This document shows, one piece after another, positions 18,338-28,100 of a stretch of 49,835 nt of DNA. The stretch covers positions 1 through 49,835 of the forward strand of contig CAYZGY010000001.1 in assembly GCA_964478085.1 (NCBI GenBank), in the 5' to 3' direction. This DNA is from an uncultured Planctomycetia bacterium (lineage in GTDB: Bacteria > Planctomycetota > UBA8108). The notes under the pieces are model-generated. The model was given only the letters and a program-made list of their open reading frames with translations, did no database searches and was not told the DNA's origin. The translations under genes and the position numbers were made by a program. The first letter of the stretch is position 1; each line of letters starts with the position of its first letter.

Positions 18338-18790
18338 CTACTTCGCGCGCAGGTCGTAGCACGCAATTCCGTCGTTCAACCGCACGATGAGTCGCCCGTC
18401 GAAAATCGCCGGAGTGGCGCACTGGAGCGGTCCGTGCTTCTCGACGCGGTCCTTCCAGATCTTCTGGGCCTTCTTCGCCCCACCTTCCTCCTTCTCGACC
18501 TTGTCGAGATCGAGACGTGCGCGCCAGGCGTCCTCGCGATCGGCCAGCCCGCCCTCGCCGATCTTGACGTCGACGAGTGAGGTGAACTTCTTCGAGTCCG
18601 CCACAAAGGCGAGAAGCCCCTCGCAGCCGTAGAAGACCTTGTCGTCCGCGGCGAGAAGCGACGAGAACTGCGGGTTCTTGAGACGCAGTGTCGTACGCCA
18701 GGTCTCCTTGCCCGTCTCGAGGCTGACACAGGCGAGTCGGCGCTCCCCTTGCACGAAGACGTGGCCGTCGACGACGAGCGATCTCGACGG
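18338..18790 (-). pseudogene. 3' fragment of a PQQ/BamB-like beta-propeller gene, with the N-terminal part missing
   Basis: SLVVDGHVFVQGERRLACVSLETGKETWRTTL...DDKVFYGCEGLLAFV...ATPAIFDGRLIVRLNDGIACYDL are propeller-blade motifs. The upstream part of the track ORF (to 18937) is merely antisense to the dockerin fragment. There is no signal peptide. Confidence 0.6.
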
Positions 18791-19079
18791 CGACGGCCGA
18801 GCCGAGCCACCTGACGCGATTCGAATCCTCCGCCATCTCTTCCAAGGTGGCCCGATCATCACCTGCGAGGACGCGGCCGACGCGGCCGACGCAGACGACG
18901 CAGACGACGCAGACGACGACGGCGTCGTCGCGATCAACGACGCGATCTACATCCTCACGTACCTCTTTCTCGGGGGCTCTGAAATCCCCGGACCAACCGG
19001 CGAGTGCGGCGTCGACTGGACGCGCGATGCGATCGAGTGCGAGTTTCCGATCGACTGCGGCGGATTCGATCCGCGATAG
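18780..19079 (+). pseudogene. Orphan 3' fragment encoding only a dockerin-like double EF-hand module with a Cys tail
   Basis: The fragment reads DLDGDGRAEPPDAIRILRHLFQGGPIITCEDAADA(DADDADDADDD)GVVAINDAIYILTYLFLGGSEIPGPTGECGVDWTRDAIECEFPIDCGG-stop. Upstream of 18780 the same frame is antisense to the propeller fragment. Confidence 0.65.
18888..18920 (+). repeat. 9-bp tandem repeat (GACGCAGAC x3 plus GACGAC) expanding the second Ca-binding loop of the orphan dockerin fragment
   Basis: Read directly. It encodes DADDADDADDD where the intact copies have D-x-N/D-D/G-D/N-G. Confidence 0.85.
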
Positions 19080-19089
19080 CTCGCGAAGG

Positions 19090-22000
19090 TCAGGTACAAG
19101 GGGCGTAAGACTCGCAACTGAGCGCGTCCGCCGTTTCGTCGAAGTCGCAGCTAGCGAACGGATCGCGCGGCGGCTCTCCGCCCAGAAAGAGGAAGTTCAG
19201 AAGGGTCACCGAGTCGCTCAAGTTGACTCGTCCGTTGTCATCCGTATCGGCCGTGCGAAGACAGCCAGGAGCTTCCGCACCGAGAAAGAGGTGCTGGAGT
19301 GTCGCGATGGCGTCGGTGAGATCTCTGCGCCCGTCCGCGTTGACATCGCCACGAAGGAACTCGCGTTTCCCCGCATCGAAGTACGCCTCGACCGTCGCCG
19401 TGCCGACGACCTCACCTCGAGCGTCGAGGCCCTCGATCAAGTAGTCGCGGTCACCCGGATCGAGCTCGATGCTCGCTCGCCACTGCCCGACGCTGCGCCA
19501 TTCGAGCAGGATCGGCTCACCGTCCACGTGGAGTCGTTCCATGGCGAGCGGTCCGTTGCCAGAGAGAAGGAGCTCGCTCCGAGTCGTCACCACGGGAGAT
19601 CGGGGTGAGATCACTCGAAACTCAGGATTTCCGATCGCCGTACGAAGGTAGCTGGCACGCGTCGCGATGTACCCTTTGACCCTCTGCGAGGGGCTGGCGA
19701 GGCGAACCGCGCCGGCAGGTGTACGGCGCAAAAAATTGAAATTGCCGTCGAGAATCGGGTGCAGCACCTCCGTGCTGTAGAAGCCATCGAGGAGCGTCTC
19801 AATCTCTCGATAGAACCGACGCGTGTAGCTCGGATACGTGAGAAAGCGCCGAATCAGCGGGCGGTTCGTCAGGATAATCGGCGCGCGGGGATTGAGAGTG
19901 TCCGGCCACAGGTCGCAACAAGTCCCCATCGCGACGTCGTGATCCCACGGAATGAACATCCACTTGCCACCGGGTGGCCGGTAGAGGTAGACGTTCTTTC
20001 CCGTCTGTCCACCCACGGCGTCCCAATCAGCCGCCGTTCGAAGCGCCGCCGACATATGAATCCACTGGTCGACGTCGGCCAGCTCCTCGAACCTCGATTC
20101 GAACTCGCTGATCGGGGTCTGGTTCGGATCGAGCACGCGGAGCAGCTCGCGGAGCCCCGAGAAATCATCTTGGCGCTCTCGCGATCTCGGCTTGAACTGA
20201 AACCGCAACGTCTCCTTGTCCTCGAAGAACCTCCACGGGCCCGCCTGCGTGACAGCTCCACCGCTCGAGTTCGTCTCGTAGTGGGAGTCGACCTTGTAGA
20301 GCTCTCCCTCCGCTGTTCCGAAAGAGCTCTCGAGATACCGGTCGTCGACGACGAGAACGTCCTCGTAGAGACCGAAGCGGTTTCCACGAACGATGACCTC
20401 GATGTGCTGTCGCTGTCCGAAGGGGATTCTCCCCGTCTTCTGCATGAGCAGATGCATCGTGCGATCGACTTGAATGGTCGGATCCGGCAACGCATCGTCG
20501 AGAACGATGCGAACGGCACCGTGGAACGAGCTCTCGTCACGCAGACGAATTCTGAACGCCTGGCGCTCACCGGGAATGACTCGAACGAACGTGCTACCCT
20601 TATAGCGGAGGTCGGCGAGATGAAAGATCCTCTCGTCCCGATAGACGAGGGATGCAGGGAGCGGGTGGTTCGAGTGAGGGGAGCGACGCCGGAGCGTCGC
20701 GTAGTCGCCCGATCGCATGACGATGCGATAGCCGGGCAGCGGGCCCGAGTCGATTCCGTCGTCGTAGGTGAAGACGTACGAGTCGTGCCCCTTCTGTGCA
20801 GGTGACATTCGAGAGCGACCTCCGCCGTCGGTCGCGACGATACGGAACTCCCCCACCTGCGCCGCTCGTGCGCGTCCGGGGATCTCCACCGTATAGATCG
20901 AGTCGCCCGCGACCGAGTCCGGAGCGACGCCGTCGTCGGCCATGTTCCGACTCTCGAAATCCGCCTCTCCGTCGAGGCGGAAGAGCGTGCTGACCGACGA
21001 GAGCCCGTCGGAGTCACGAACTCGCGCCGTGAGAATCACCGATTCATCCGGAGCCGGAAGAGCGGGGAACTGCTCAACATTCGAGATGACGGGGCCTGTG
21101 TTTTCCGACGCACGACTGTTGGCTCTCCCCGGCGTGCCGCCGGCCCCAGGCACGGAGAGACGCGTCGTTCGTGCGAGGAAGTGACCCCAGTTGCGCACCA
21201 TGAGAAGATCCGATCCTCGGAGCCAGCGCACCTTGAATCGCACGCTGTAGACTTGTCCGCCGAGCATCGGACGAAGGGTACGCTGCTCGACGTGATTGAG
21301 CTGGGAGTCTCCGCGACGCGACGCGACGAGATGAAGGGCGTTGCTCCCATCGGCGCCAGTACCCTCTTCGACGAAGCTCTCGACGTGCGTTCCTTCCGCA
21401 CGCCAAACGCCAAGATCATCACCAGCTTCGAAATTCCCGTTCGCGATGAGACTGTTCCCACGTGAATCCTCGACCTCGAGATCGTCGATCAGGGCCTCCC
21501 CGGCTCCGAAGAGCCAAAGGTGAAACTCGTTCGCGGTCCCGCTGTTCTGACGAATCTCGTACTCGACCGTCCTCCACTCCGACTCCGCCGAGTGATCACT
21601 CTCGCGCCAAGCCGCTCCGGCGGAGTTGTCTTGCGCCGAGTCGATGAGCTCGAGCGACGGTCCGTCACCGTCGGCCCAAGGGCTCCAGCTGCCTTCGTCG
21701 AAGTATCGAACTTCGTCGACGGGAAGATCGCCGGCATCGATCAGGCGAAGCATCTCCCCCTGATTCGAGAGGATACCCTCCCAGGGTCCGAGGACGCCTT
21801 CGAGCCCGTAAACCTCCGCGACGTGTAGCGGATCGCGCGCGACGACGAGGAATTCCCCCGCGGCAAGCACGGTCGGTCGCGGGAATTCGAAGCGGATTCC
21901 GTTCGAGAATCGGTAGCCTCCGAGATCGACGTCCGTATCTCCGGTGTTCACGAGCTCGACGAACTCTTCGGCGTCGTCCTCCGAGTACGGATTGTAGTGA

Positions 22001-22962
22001 ATCTCGCTGATGACGATCGACGGGCGCTCAGGCATCGAGTTCGTCGCACCGGGGCTCGCGGGCAGCGCGAGCCAGCGATTCGCTCCGTCGGGGTAGCGCC
22101 CCGTGACGATAGGTGCTGCCGCCGCGTCTTCCGGATCGATCGCGCCGACGCGGTGGGCATCGACGACTCGAGCGCCGCCTGGCGCAAACAGAGCGATTCG
22201 ATCGCCGTTGGGATCAAGCGCGAGGCCGCTGTCTGCCTCGCGAACGACGTAAAATCCACCGGCCTCGACGGACGCACCCGCCGGCATCGTGTAGGCAACT
22301 TCCGAGACGAAGTCCGAGCCCAGTGCGTAACCTTCGAGCTCGACGGCTTCCGCGCCCGGATTGTAAATCTCGACCCAACCGTTCCCGTCTTCACGACTGA
22401 CTTCGTTGACGATCAGCTCGGGAGTCGCGATAGAGAAATCGAGAACTCCGGGCGTCCCGCCCATCTCGACACTCGCGCCCCAGCTCTCCCCTTCGTTCGC
22501 ATCGAGCAAGACATCGCGGAGGACGATCGACGGCCCGTAGCCGTCGGCGGTCGACGGCCAGCGTCCGCCATCGTTGAACGAGACGATCTGCCGAACCGAA
22601 CCGTACGAGTCGGCGATGCCGATCTTCTCACCCCCGTTGTCGAGACGACCGACGAACGGACCGAACGGCGCACGCGTACCTTCGGGCATCGGCAACTCGT
22701 CGGGAACGGCGGCGACCACGACGACACCGTGCGGCTCGATGATCGTCCCTTCCGGGAAGAAGTACTCGATCCCGCCCTGAATCTGGAAACCCGAGATATC
22801 GACGGGGAGCGGATCGTCGCTGTAGACCTCGATGAACTCGAGCGCCATCTCCTCTTCACTCGTCCCGAGTGGATTGTAGTGAATCTCGATGATGTACAGA
22901 CGAGCAAAGCTTGGCGCGGTGGCGAAAATCCAAATCGAGAATGCGAGGGCGAGACGTGTCAT
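19090..22962 (-). CDS. Secreted CotH-family (atypical kinase fold) protein with three lamin-tail domains and a C-terminal dockerin-like module
   Basis: 1290-aa ORF with AGGAG 6 nt upstream of the ATG and a signal peptide.
- LTD motifs: LYIIEIHYNPLG...EFIEVYS; LIVNEVSRED..WVEIYNPG; IVISEIHYNPYSEDDAEEFVELVNTG.
- CotH motifs: FGLYEDVLVVDDRYLESSF...GELYKVDSHYE and NVYLYRPPGGKWMFIPWDHDVAMG.
- Tail: FLRGDVNADG...SCDFDETADALSCESYAPC at 19090-19359. Confidence 0.9.
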   Translation of the reverse strand: MTRLALAFSIWIFATAPSFARLYIIEIHYNPLGTSEEEMALEFIEVYSDDPLPVDISGFQIQGGIEYFFPEGTIIEPHGVVVVAAVPDELPMPEGTRAPFGPFVGRLDNGGEKIGIADSYGSVRQIVSFNDGGRWPSTADGYGPSIVLRDVLLDANEGESWGASVEMGGTPGVLDFSIATPELIVNEVSREDGNGWVEIYNPGAEAVELEGYALGSDFVSEVAYTMPAGASVEAGGFYVVREADSGLALDPNGDRIALFAPGGARVVDAHRVGAIDPEDAAAAPIVTGRYPDGANRWLALPASPGATNSMPERPSIVISEIHYNPYSEDDAEEFVELVNTGDTDVDLGGYRFSNGIRFEFPRPTVLAAGEFLVVARDPLHVAEVYGLEGVLGPWEGILSNQGEMLRLIDAGDLPVDEVRYFDEGSWSPWADGDGPSLELIDSAQDNSAGAAWRESDHSAESEWRTVEYEIRQNSGTANEFHLWLFGAGEALIDDLEVEDSRGNSLIANGNFEAGDDLGVWRAEGTHVESFVEEGTGADGSNALHLVASRRGDSQLNHVEQRTLRPMLGGQVYSVRFKVRWLRGSDLLMVRNWGHFLARTTRLSVPGAGGTPGRANSRASENTGPVISNVEQFPALPAPDESVILTARVRDSDGLSSVSTLFRLDGEADFESRNMADDGVAPDSVAGDSIYTVEIPGRARAAQVGEFRIVATDGGGRSRMSPAQKGHDSYVFTYDDGIDSGPLPGYRIVMRSGDYATLRRRSPHSNHPLPASLVYRDERIFHLADLRYKGSTFVRVIPGERQAFRIRLRDESSFHGAVRIVLDDALPDPTIQVDRTMHLLMQKTGRIPFGQRQHIEVIVRGNRFGLYEDVLVVDDRYLESSFGTAEGELYKVDSHYETNSSGGAVTQAGPWRFFEDKETLRFQFKPRSRERQDDFSGLRELLRVLDPNQTPISEFESRFEELADVDQWIHMSAALRTAADWDAVGGQTGKNVYLYRPPGGKWMFIPWDHDVAMGTCCDLWPDTLNPRAPIILTNRPLIRRFLTYPSYTRRFYREIETLLDGFYSTEVLHPILDGNFNFLRRTPAGAVRLASPSQRVKGYIATRASYLRTAIGNPEFRVISPRSPVVTTRSELLLSGNGPLAMERLHVDGEPILLEWRSVGQWRASIELDPGDRDYLIEGLDARGEVVGTATVEAYFDAGKREFLRGDVNADGRRDLTDAIATLQHLFLGAEAPGCLRTADTDDNGRVNLSDSVTLLNFLFLGGEPPRDPFASCDFDETADALSCESYAPCT

Positions 22963-22971
22963 GTTCGGCTC

Positions 22972-23724
22972 CTACCGCCACGTGAGAAGTTCGGCGGTAG
23001 TGCTGATTATCCGGTACTGCCGCGAAGATGCGAACGGTCTGATCCGAACCCGCGAATGCGAGGCGTCGACTTTCAGGCACAGCTCGAGCCCGAAGATTTC
23101 ACTTCCCACGTCGAAGAAGAGCGTCGGCTTCCCTCGCATTGGCGCCCAGTTGCTCACCCTTCCGCCCTTGGACCCTGCGGCCAGGCGCTCACCGTCGGGG
23201 CTCCAGTCGATCGAGTGGAGGTGGCTCGCGGGACCCGTCAGCTCATGGATGATCTCATCGGTGGTCGTGTCGCAGACGAAATCCGAGCGGTGCTGGCTGA
23301 ACGCGAGGTATCGTCCCTCGGGGCCCCAGTCGAAATCGAAGCCGTGGTTGCCGTACTCCGTCGGAAAGAGCGTCATCTTTTCCCGCGGCGGAGGAGACTT
23401 CAGCGCCCGGGCGACGATGTCCGAGCAGTACATCGCCACGCGCTTCCGCGTCTTTGCGTCGAAAATCCGAAGCGTCCCATCGAAGCTGATCGCGGTGATC
23501 TGCTCACCATCGGGTCAAAATCGAGCCGAGCCGACACGTGCTTCGGATTCCGGGATCTTGAACAAGACCTCGGGCGGAGACGCCGCGAGATCCCAGACGG
23601 CCATCCGGGGGCGGATGTGCAAGAGTTCGACGCGGCGCGGTGCCGCGTTCACGATCCCGAGTCTCGAAAACGCCAAGATCTCCGTCCGGGAAGCGGCCGC
23701 GATCGGATCGGCCAGAGCCGTCAT
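22972..23724 (-). pseudogene. WD40-repeat gene interrupted by an in-frame TGA (23515-23517)
   Basis: One minus-strand frame reads ...MAVWDLAASPPEVLFKIPESEARVGSARF-TGA-PDGEQITAISFDGTLRIFDAKTRKRVAMY...HLHSIDWSPDGERLAAGSKGG.... The stop sits where the WD40 consensus F-S-PDG has Ser. The 5' limit is uncertain. Confidence 0.65.
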
Positions 23725-23996
23725 CGCCGCTTCGGAAGACCCACCTGGCCCGATTCGGTTCTCTGCCTGGGTTCGCAGAACTGCAAGCGCAGGGCCATCT
23801 ACCGACGCACGAGCCGGGACCTCTACCAGGAACTCGACCCTGCCAGCCCGCAAAAGCGAGCTCGAGCGTAGCGCCGACCCGGTTCCTCCGGGTCGACGCG
23901 GAGATCGAGCCACGCGGCGCATCGCCGCGTCGTGACGTCATCTCGACATCCGCCGACCTTGCAGACGCTCACGCCCCGACGCCCGCCTCTCCGACG

Positions 23997-24891
23997 GAGA
24001 TCGGCCCATACCGTGTCGTCGAGCTCCTCGGTGAGGAAGGAATGGGACGCGTCTTCCTCGCCGAACAGGAGAGACCGCTGCGCCGCACTGTCGCGCTCAA
24101 GGTGATCAAGCCCGGCATGCAGAGCGAGGAGGTCGTCAAGCGCTTCCGCGGAGAGTGCCAAGCGCTCGCGCTGATGGACCGTCCGAACATCGCGCACGTC
24201 TTCGACGCCGGCACGTCGGATGACGGACATCCGTACTTCGTGCTCGAGCACGTTCGTGGCACGAAGATCACCGAATTCTGCGACTCGGCAAGAATGACCG
24301 TCGACGACCGCTCGAAGCTCTTTCTCCAAGTTTGCGCCGCCGTCGAGCACGCGCACGGACACGGCCTCCTCCATCGGGATCTCAAACCATCAAACGTCCT
24401 CGTCGCCGACACCGAAGGGGATCCGTGTGCCAAGATCATCGACTTCGGCGTCGCACGAAGCCTCAAGGGTAATCTGACCGAGCATTCGTTTCACACGCAG
24501 GCCGGGCACATCCTCGGGACGCCTGCCTAGATAAGTCCCGAGCAAGCTCGCCTTGACGGTTCGGAGGTCGACGCCCGCAGCGACATCTACTCGCTCGGCG
24601 TGCTCCTCTACGAGCTTCTCGTCGGTGAGCTTCCGCACGATTGGGAGTCGCTGTCGAAGCTCGCGTTCGACGAGGTGCTGCGACACGTACGAGAGAGCGA
24701 CTCGCCCTCGAACGAGAGCTCGTAGAGCGTGGTGACGAGTTTTCGCCGACGGCCATCGACCTCAGCATCGAATCGCTGTCGCAATTCGGCCGCTGTCAGC
24801 TCTGTGAAAGTACCAAATCGTCTCGATGCGTGCTCTCGGCGAGCGGAGCGCAGCGAAGCGGTTTCTCGCCGCCGATGACTTGCAACGACTG
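23997..24891 (+). pseudogene. Ser/Thr protein kinase paralogue, inactivated by an in-frame TAG, a frame change, and loss of the start and of everything after the kinase domain
   Basis: - Kinase motifs: IGPYRVVELLGEEGMGRVFLA...VALKVIK...HRDLKPSNVLV...KIIDFGVAR.
- GTPA-TAG(24528-24530)-ISPEQ sits where the intact paralogue (30441) has GTPEYMSPEQ.
- The frame ends at about 24724.
- Subdomain XI (IVSMRALGERSAAKRFLAADDLQRL) reappears in another frame at 24817-24891.
- Stretches of clear nucleotide similarity to 31131-31311 were seen by eye. Confidence 0.75.
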
Positions 24892-24962
24892 GGTTCATTC
24901 AGCCCAACGGGACCTTCGAAGGGAGGCGGACGGATCCGAAGGAGCTGGCGCTCTGAACGCGA

Positions 24963-25000
24963 CATCAAAAAGAACCCCCCGGGGTCGCCGGGGGGTTCTT
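24963..25000 (-). terminator. Rho-independent terminator of the Cys-rich giant gene
   Basis: Perfect 12-13 bp stem AGAACCCCCCGG / CCGGGGGGTTCT with a 5-nt loop. The minus-strand reading is followed by TTTTGATG. Confidence 0.75.
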
Positions 25001-25113
25001 GACGGAGGCTCGCGCTATCGGGCGCGACCTGTGATCAGAGTTGGTCTGGGGTCATGTGGTCGTGTCGGTCCTCCTTAGGGGCAAGCGGTGTAGCGGTCAC
25101 AACCGAGACGCTC

Positions 25114-28100
25114 TTAGCCCTCGAGGTCCTTTCCACAGTCGGGGAACGGGGCCGGAGGCGCCGCGCCGCCGCGGAAGAGGTAGCCGAGGCCGGCGATTGC
25201 GTCGCCGAGGTCGAGCGTGTTGTCACCGTTCGTGTCGGCCGAGACGCGGCAAGGCGGCGCCTGGTGGCCGAGGAAGAGGTGGTTGAGAGTGAAGATCGAA
25301 TCGCCGAGGTCGAAGCCTCCGTCTCCGTTCGCGTCACCGCGAATGAAGTCGGTTCCTTCGTCGCCTTCGGGGGAGCGGAGCTCGACCGCGGTCGAGGCGA
25401 CCGGCTCGGGGTCTCCGTCACCGTTGTTGTCGATTCGCAGGATAATGTCGTAGAAGACGAACGGCTCGTGATCGAGGACGAGGGCTTCGACCTCGACGTT
25501 GTTGTCGTTCGACCCCGGCGGGAGCTTCACCGTGCGCACGACCGGCTCTCCCGGGGGCAGACCGTCGAGCGAGATGTTGTTTTTTCCGAAGGGCGGCATG
25601 GCCTCGATCACGACGTCGACGACGAGCGCCTTGTCCGTGTGGTTCTCGAGCATGAAGCCCGGACGGATCGGCGTGCCGATCTCCTGCTGGAGGACGAGGT
25701 CGACCGGGATCGCCTTGATCTCGTTCGAGTGGATCACCGAACCGATCGAGCCGTACCCGTCGCCCGTCGACATTTCCGAGACGACGTGGCAGCCGGTCTC
25801 GAGGTTGTAGGCGTTGACCTCGAAGCAGCTCGCACCCTCTTCGTGGATGTTGCTGCAGTCGACGCTGACGTACGCGATACCGGTGTCACCGGGGTTGACC
25901 GTCATCGTGCCGTTCGAGGGCGAGAAGCCGACCGGGCCGGGGAGATCACAGTAGCCGGCGGGCAGCGAGTTGATATCCCACGCGTAGTTCTGCGGGGTGC
26001 CCGTCGGGTTGTGGATCTGAACCGCGATCGTCGCCTTGCCGTTGCAGCAGGGAGCTTCCCAAGTCGTCGAGACGATACCCGTGTCGTCGACACAGGGGCA
26101 GCAGAGCTCGAGCTCGAGAGTCATCCAATCGATGCCGGTGTCGTCCTGGATCATGACGCCGAGGTCGCCGTCCTGGAGCGAAGCGAGCACGCTCGTCGTG
26201 CCCCACTTGTCCGCGGGCAGGTTACCGAGATCGAGGCAGATCTCCGCGTCGCTGTGGGCGCCCCAGGCACCGACGATCGACGCGATACGTGCACCCCAAA
26301 CCGGCGTGGCGCCGTCGAAGAGCTGGATCGTGTCGTTGTGAGCGAGCGAGCTCTGGCTGGCGCGGATTCGCATGCAGAGTTGCGCCTTGACGACGCAGCA
26401 GTCGTCCTCCCAGCACTCGCGGAAGGTGTGACCGACCGCGCGGTCGCCGGGGAGCACGTCGAGCTGCGTGAGAGCGCCACCGCTGATCGTCTGCATGTGC
26501 GCGAGGAGGGCCGGGTCCGGATCGAGGAACTCGGGCGTCGAGGTGTCGAAGTCGTCGGGCTCTCCGACCTCGCAACGCTCCTGCCGCATCTCGCCTTCGC
26601 AACCCTTCTTGTTACCGAAGTCGACACCGCCGACCGAGACGTTGCCGTACGTCGAGACCGGCTGCGTCACCGAGCCGGGAGCCGTCTGCGTCCAACCAGG
26701 CGACTGAACCTCGTTGACGACGTAGTTGGCCGGAGCGAGACCGCTGAAGCTGTAGTTGCCGCTCGCGTCGGTCGAGGTCGTCGCGACGACCGTACCGCTC
26801 GAGTCGCGCAGCTCGATCGCCCAACCGGGGATCCCGTTCTCGCTGCCGTCCTTGATACCATTGCCGTTGACGTCCTCGAACTTCTGTCCCGTGATCGAGG
26901 TAAAGCAGCAGACTTCCGTCTCGAGGATCATGAAGTCGACACCCGTGTCGTCCTGAATGAAGACGTCGAGGTCGCCGTCCTGGAGAAGCGCGAGCACGTT
27001 GGTGATACCAGCCGTACCGCTCGGCGGCAGGTTGGCGAGATCGAGTGTCAGCACGGCCGAGTCACCCGGGTTCCAGGAACCGCCCGCGAGCGCCGCAATC
27101 TTGCCACTCCACGAGAAGGAACCGTCGTCACCGAACGAGATCGTGTCGTTGTAGCAGAGAGGATCCTGACCGGCGCGCAGCGAAATGATCAGGCGAGCCG
27201 CGACGACGACACAGCCCTTCTCCCAGCAGCGCTTGAACGTGTGACCGAAGCAACGGTTCGAGGTCAGGTCGTCGAAGGCGAGTCGCGGACCGTTGCTGCA
27301 GTTCTGCATGACCGCGAGGAGCGCGGGTGAAGGCTGAGCGTTCGGCTCTTCGTTCGTCGTGTCGAACTCGTCCTCGAGACCGACGAGGCAAGCCGAGTGG
27401 ATCGGCTCTTCGCAGCGCTCGACGTTGCCGAAGTCAGCGATGTAGACGTTCTCGCTCTCGAGGCTGCCGCAGACGTCGATCGTGTGCGTCACCGTCGTCG
27501 GGTAGGTCTGCACCCAACCGGCCTGCTGAATCTCCGCGACCGTGTAGACGCCGGGCTCGACCTCGATGCAGTAGCGACCTTCGGCGTCCGTGACGACGCG
27601 GTAAGCCTGCGTCGGGCCGACGAGGTCGATCTCCCAACCGGGGAGACCCGGCTCGTCAGAATCCTGGACGCCGTCACCGTCGAGGTCGTTGAACTTGACG
27701 CCGCAGATCGTGCCGGGGAGGCAGGGGCAGCAGACGTCGAGCTCGAGCCGCGCGAAGTCGACGCTCGAGTCGTCCTGAATGTAAACGCTGAGCGAACCGT
27801 CCTGGACGTGCGAGAGGACGTTGGTGACACCGGCGCCACTCGCGGGCAGGTTGGCGAGGTCGAGGACGAAGGTCTCGTCGGACCCCACTCCCCAGGTGCT
27901 CGAGGTCGAGAGATTGGCGAGCGACTGGTACCAGACGGCGCCCGAGCCTTCGATGAATCCGATTCCGTCGTTTCCGCTGAGACAACCGTGACCGCGAACG
28001 CGGATCGTCAGGCGACCACCGACGACGCGGCAGGAAGGATCGAGCGGAACGGAAAGCGTGTGACCGAAGCACCGGTTGCAGACGTCCGGCGTGTCGAACG

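Noticed and set aside
18639-18779. The first 47 codons of the plus-strand ORF 18639-19079 as a genuine N-terminus for the dockerin fragment.
   Set aside because: This stretch is antisense to clear propeller-blade coding sequence. It has no signal peptide, and its composition is atypical. Only the part from about 18780 matches the dockerin-like module.
17992-23517. Genome-wide reassignment of UGA as a sense codon, suggested by two in-frame TGAs.
   Set aside because: Many well-delimited genes here terminate with TGA at positions followed by terminators or intergenic DNA (for example 2494-2496, 6903-6905, 39598-39600 and 46973-46975). UGA clearly functions as a stop. The two cases are treated individually.
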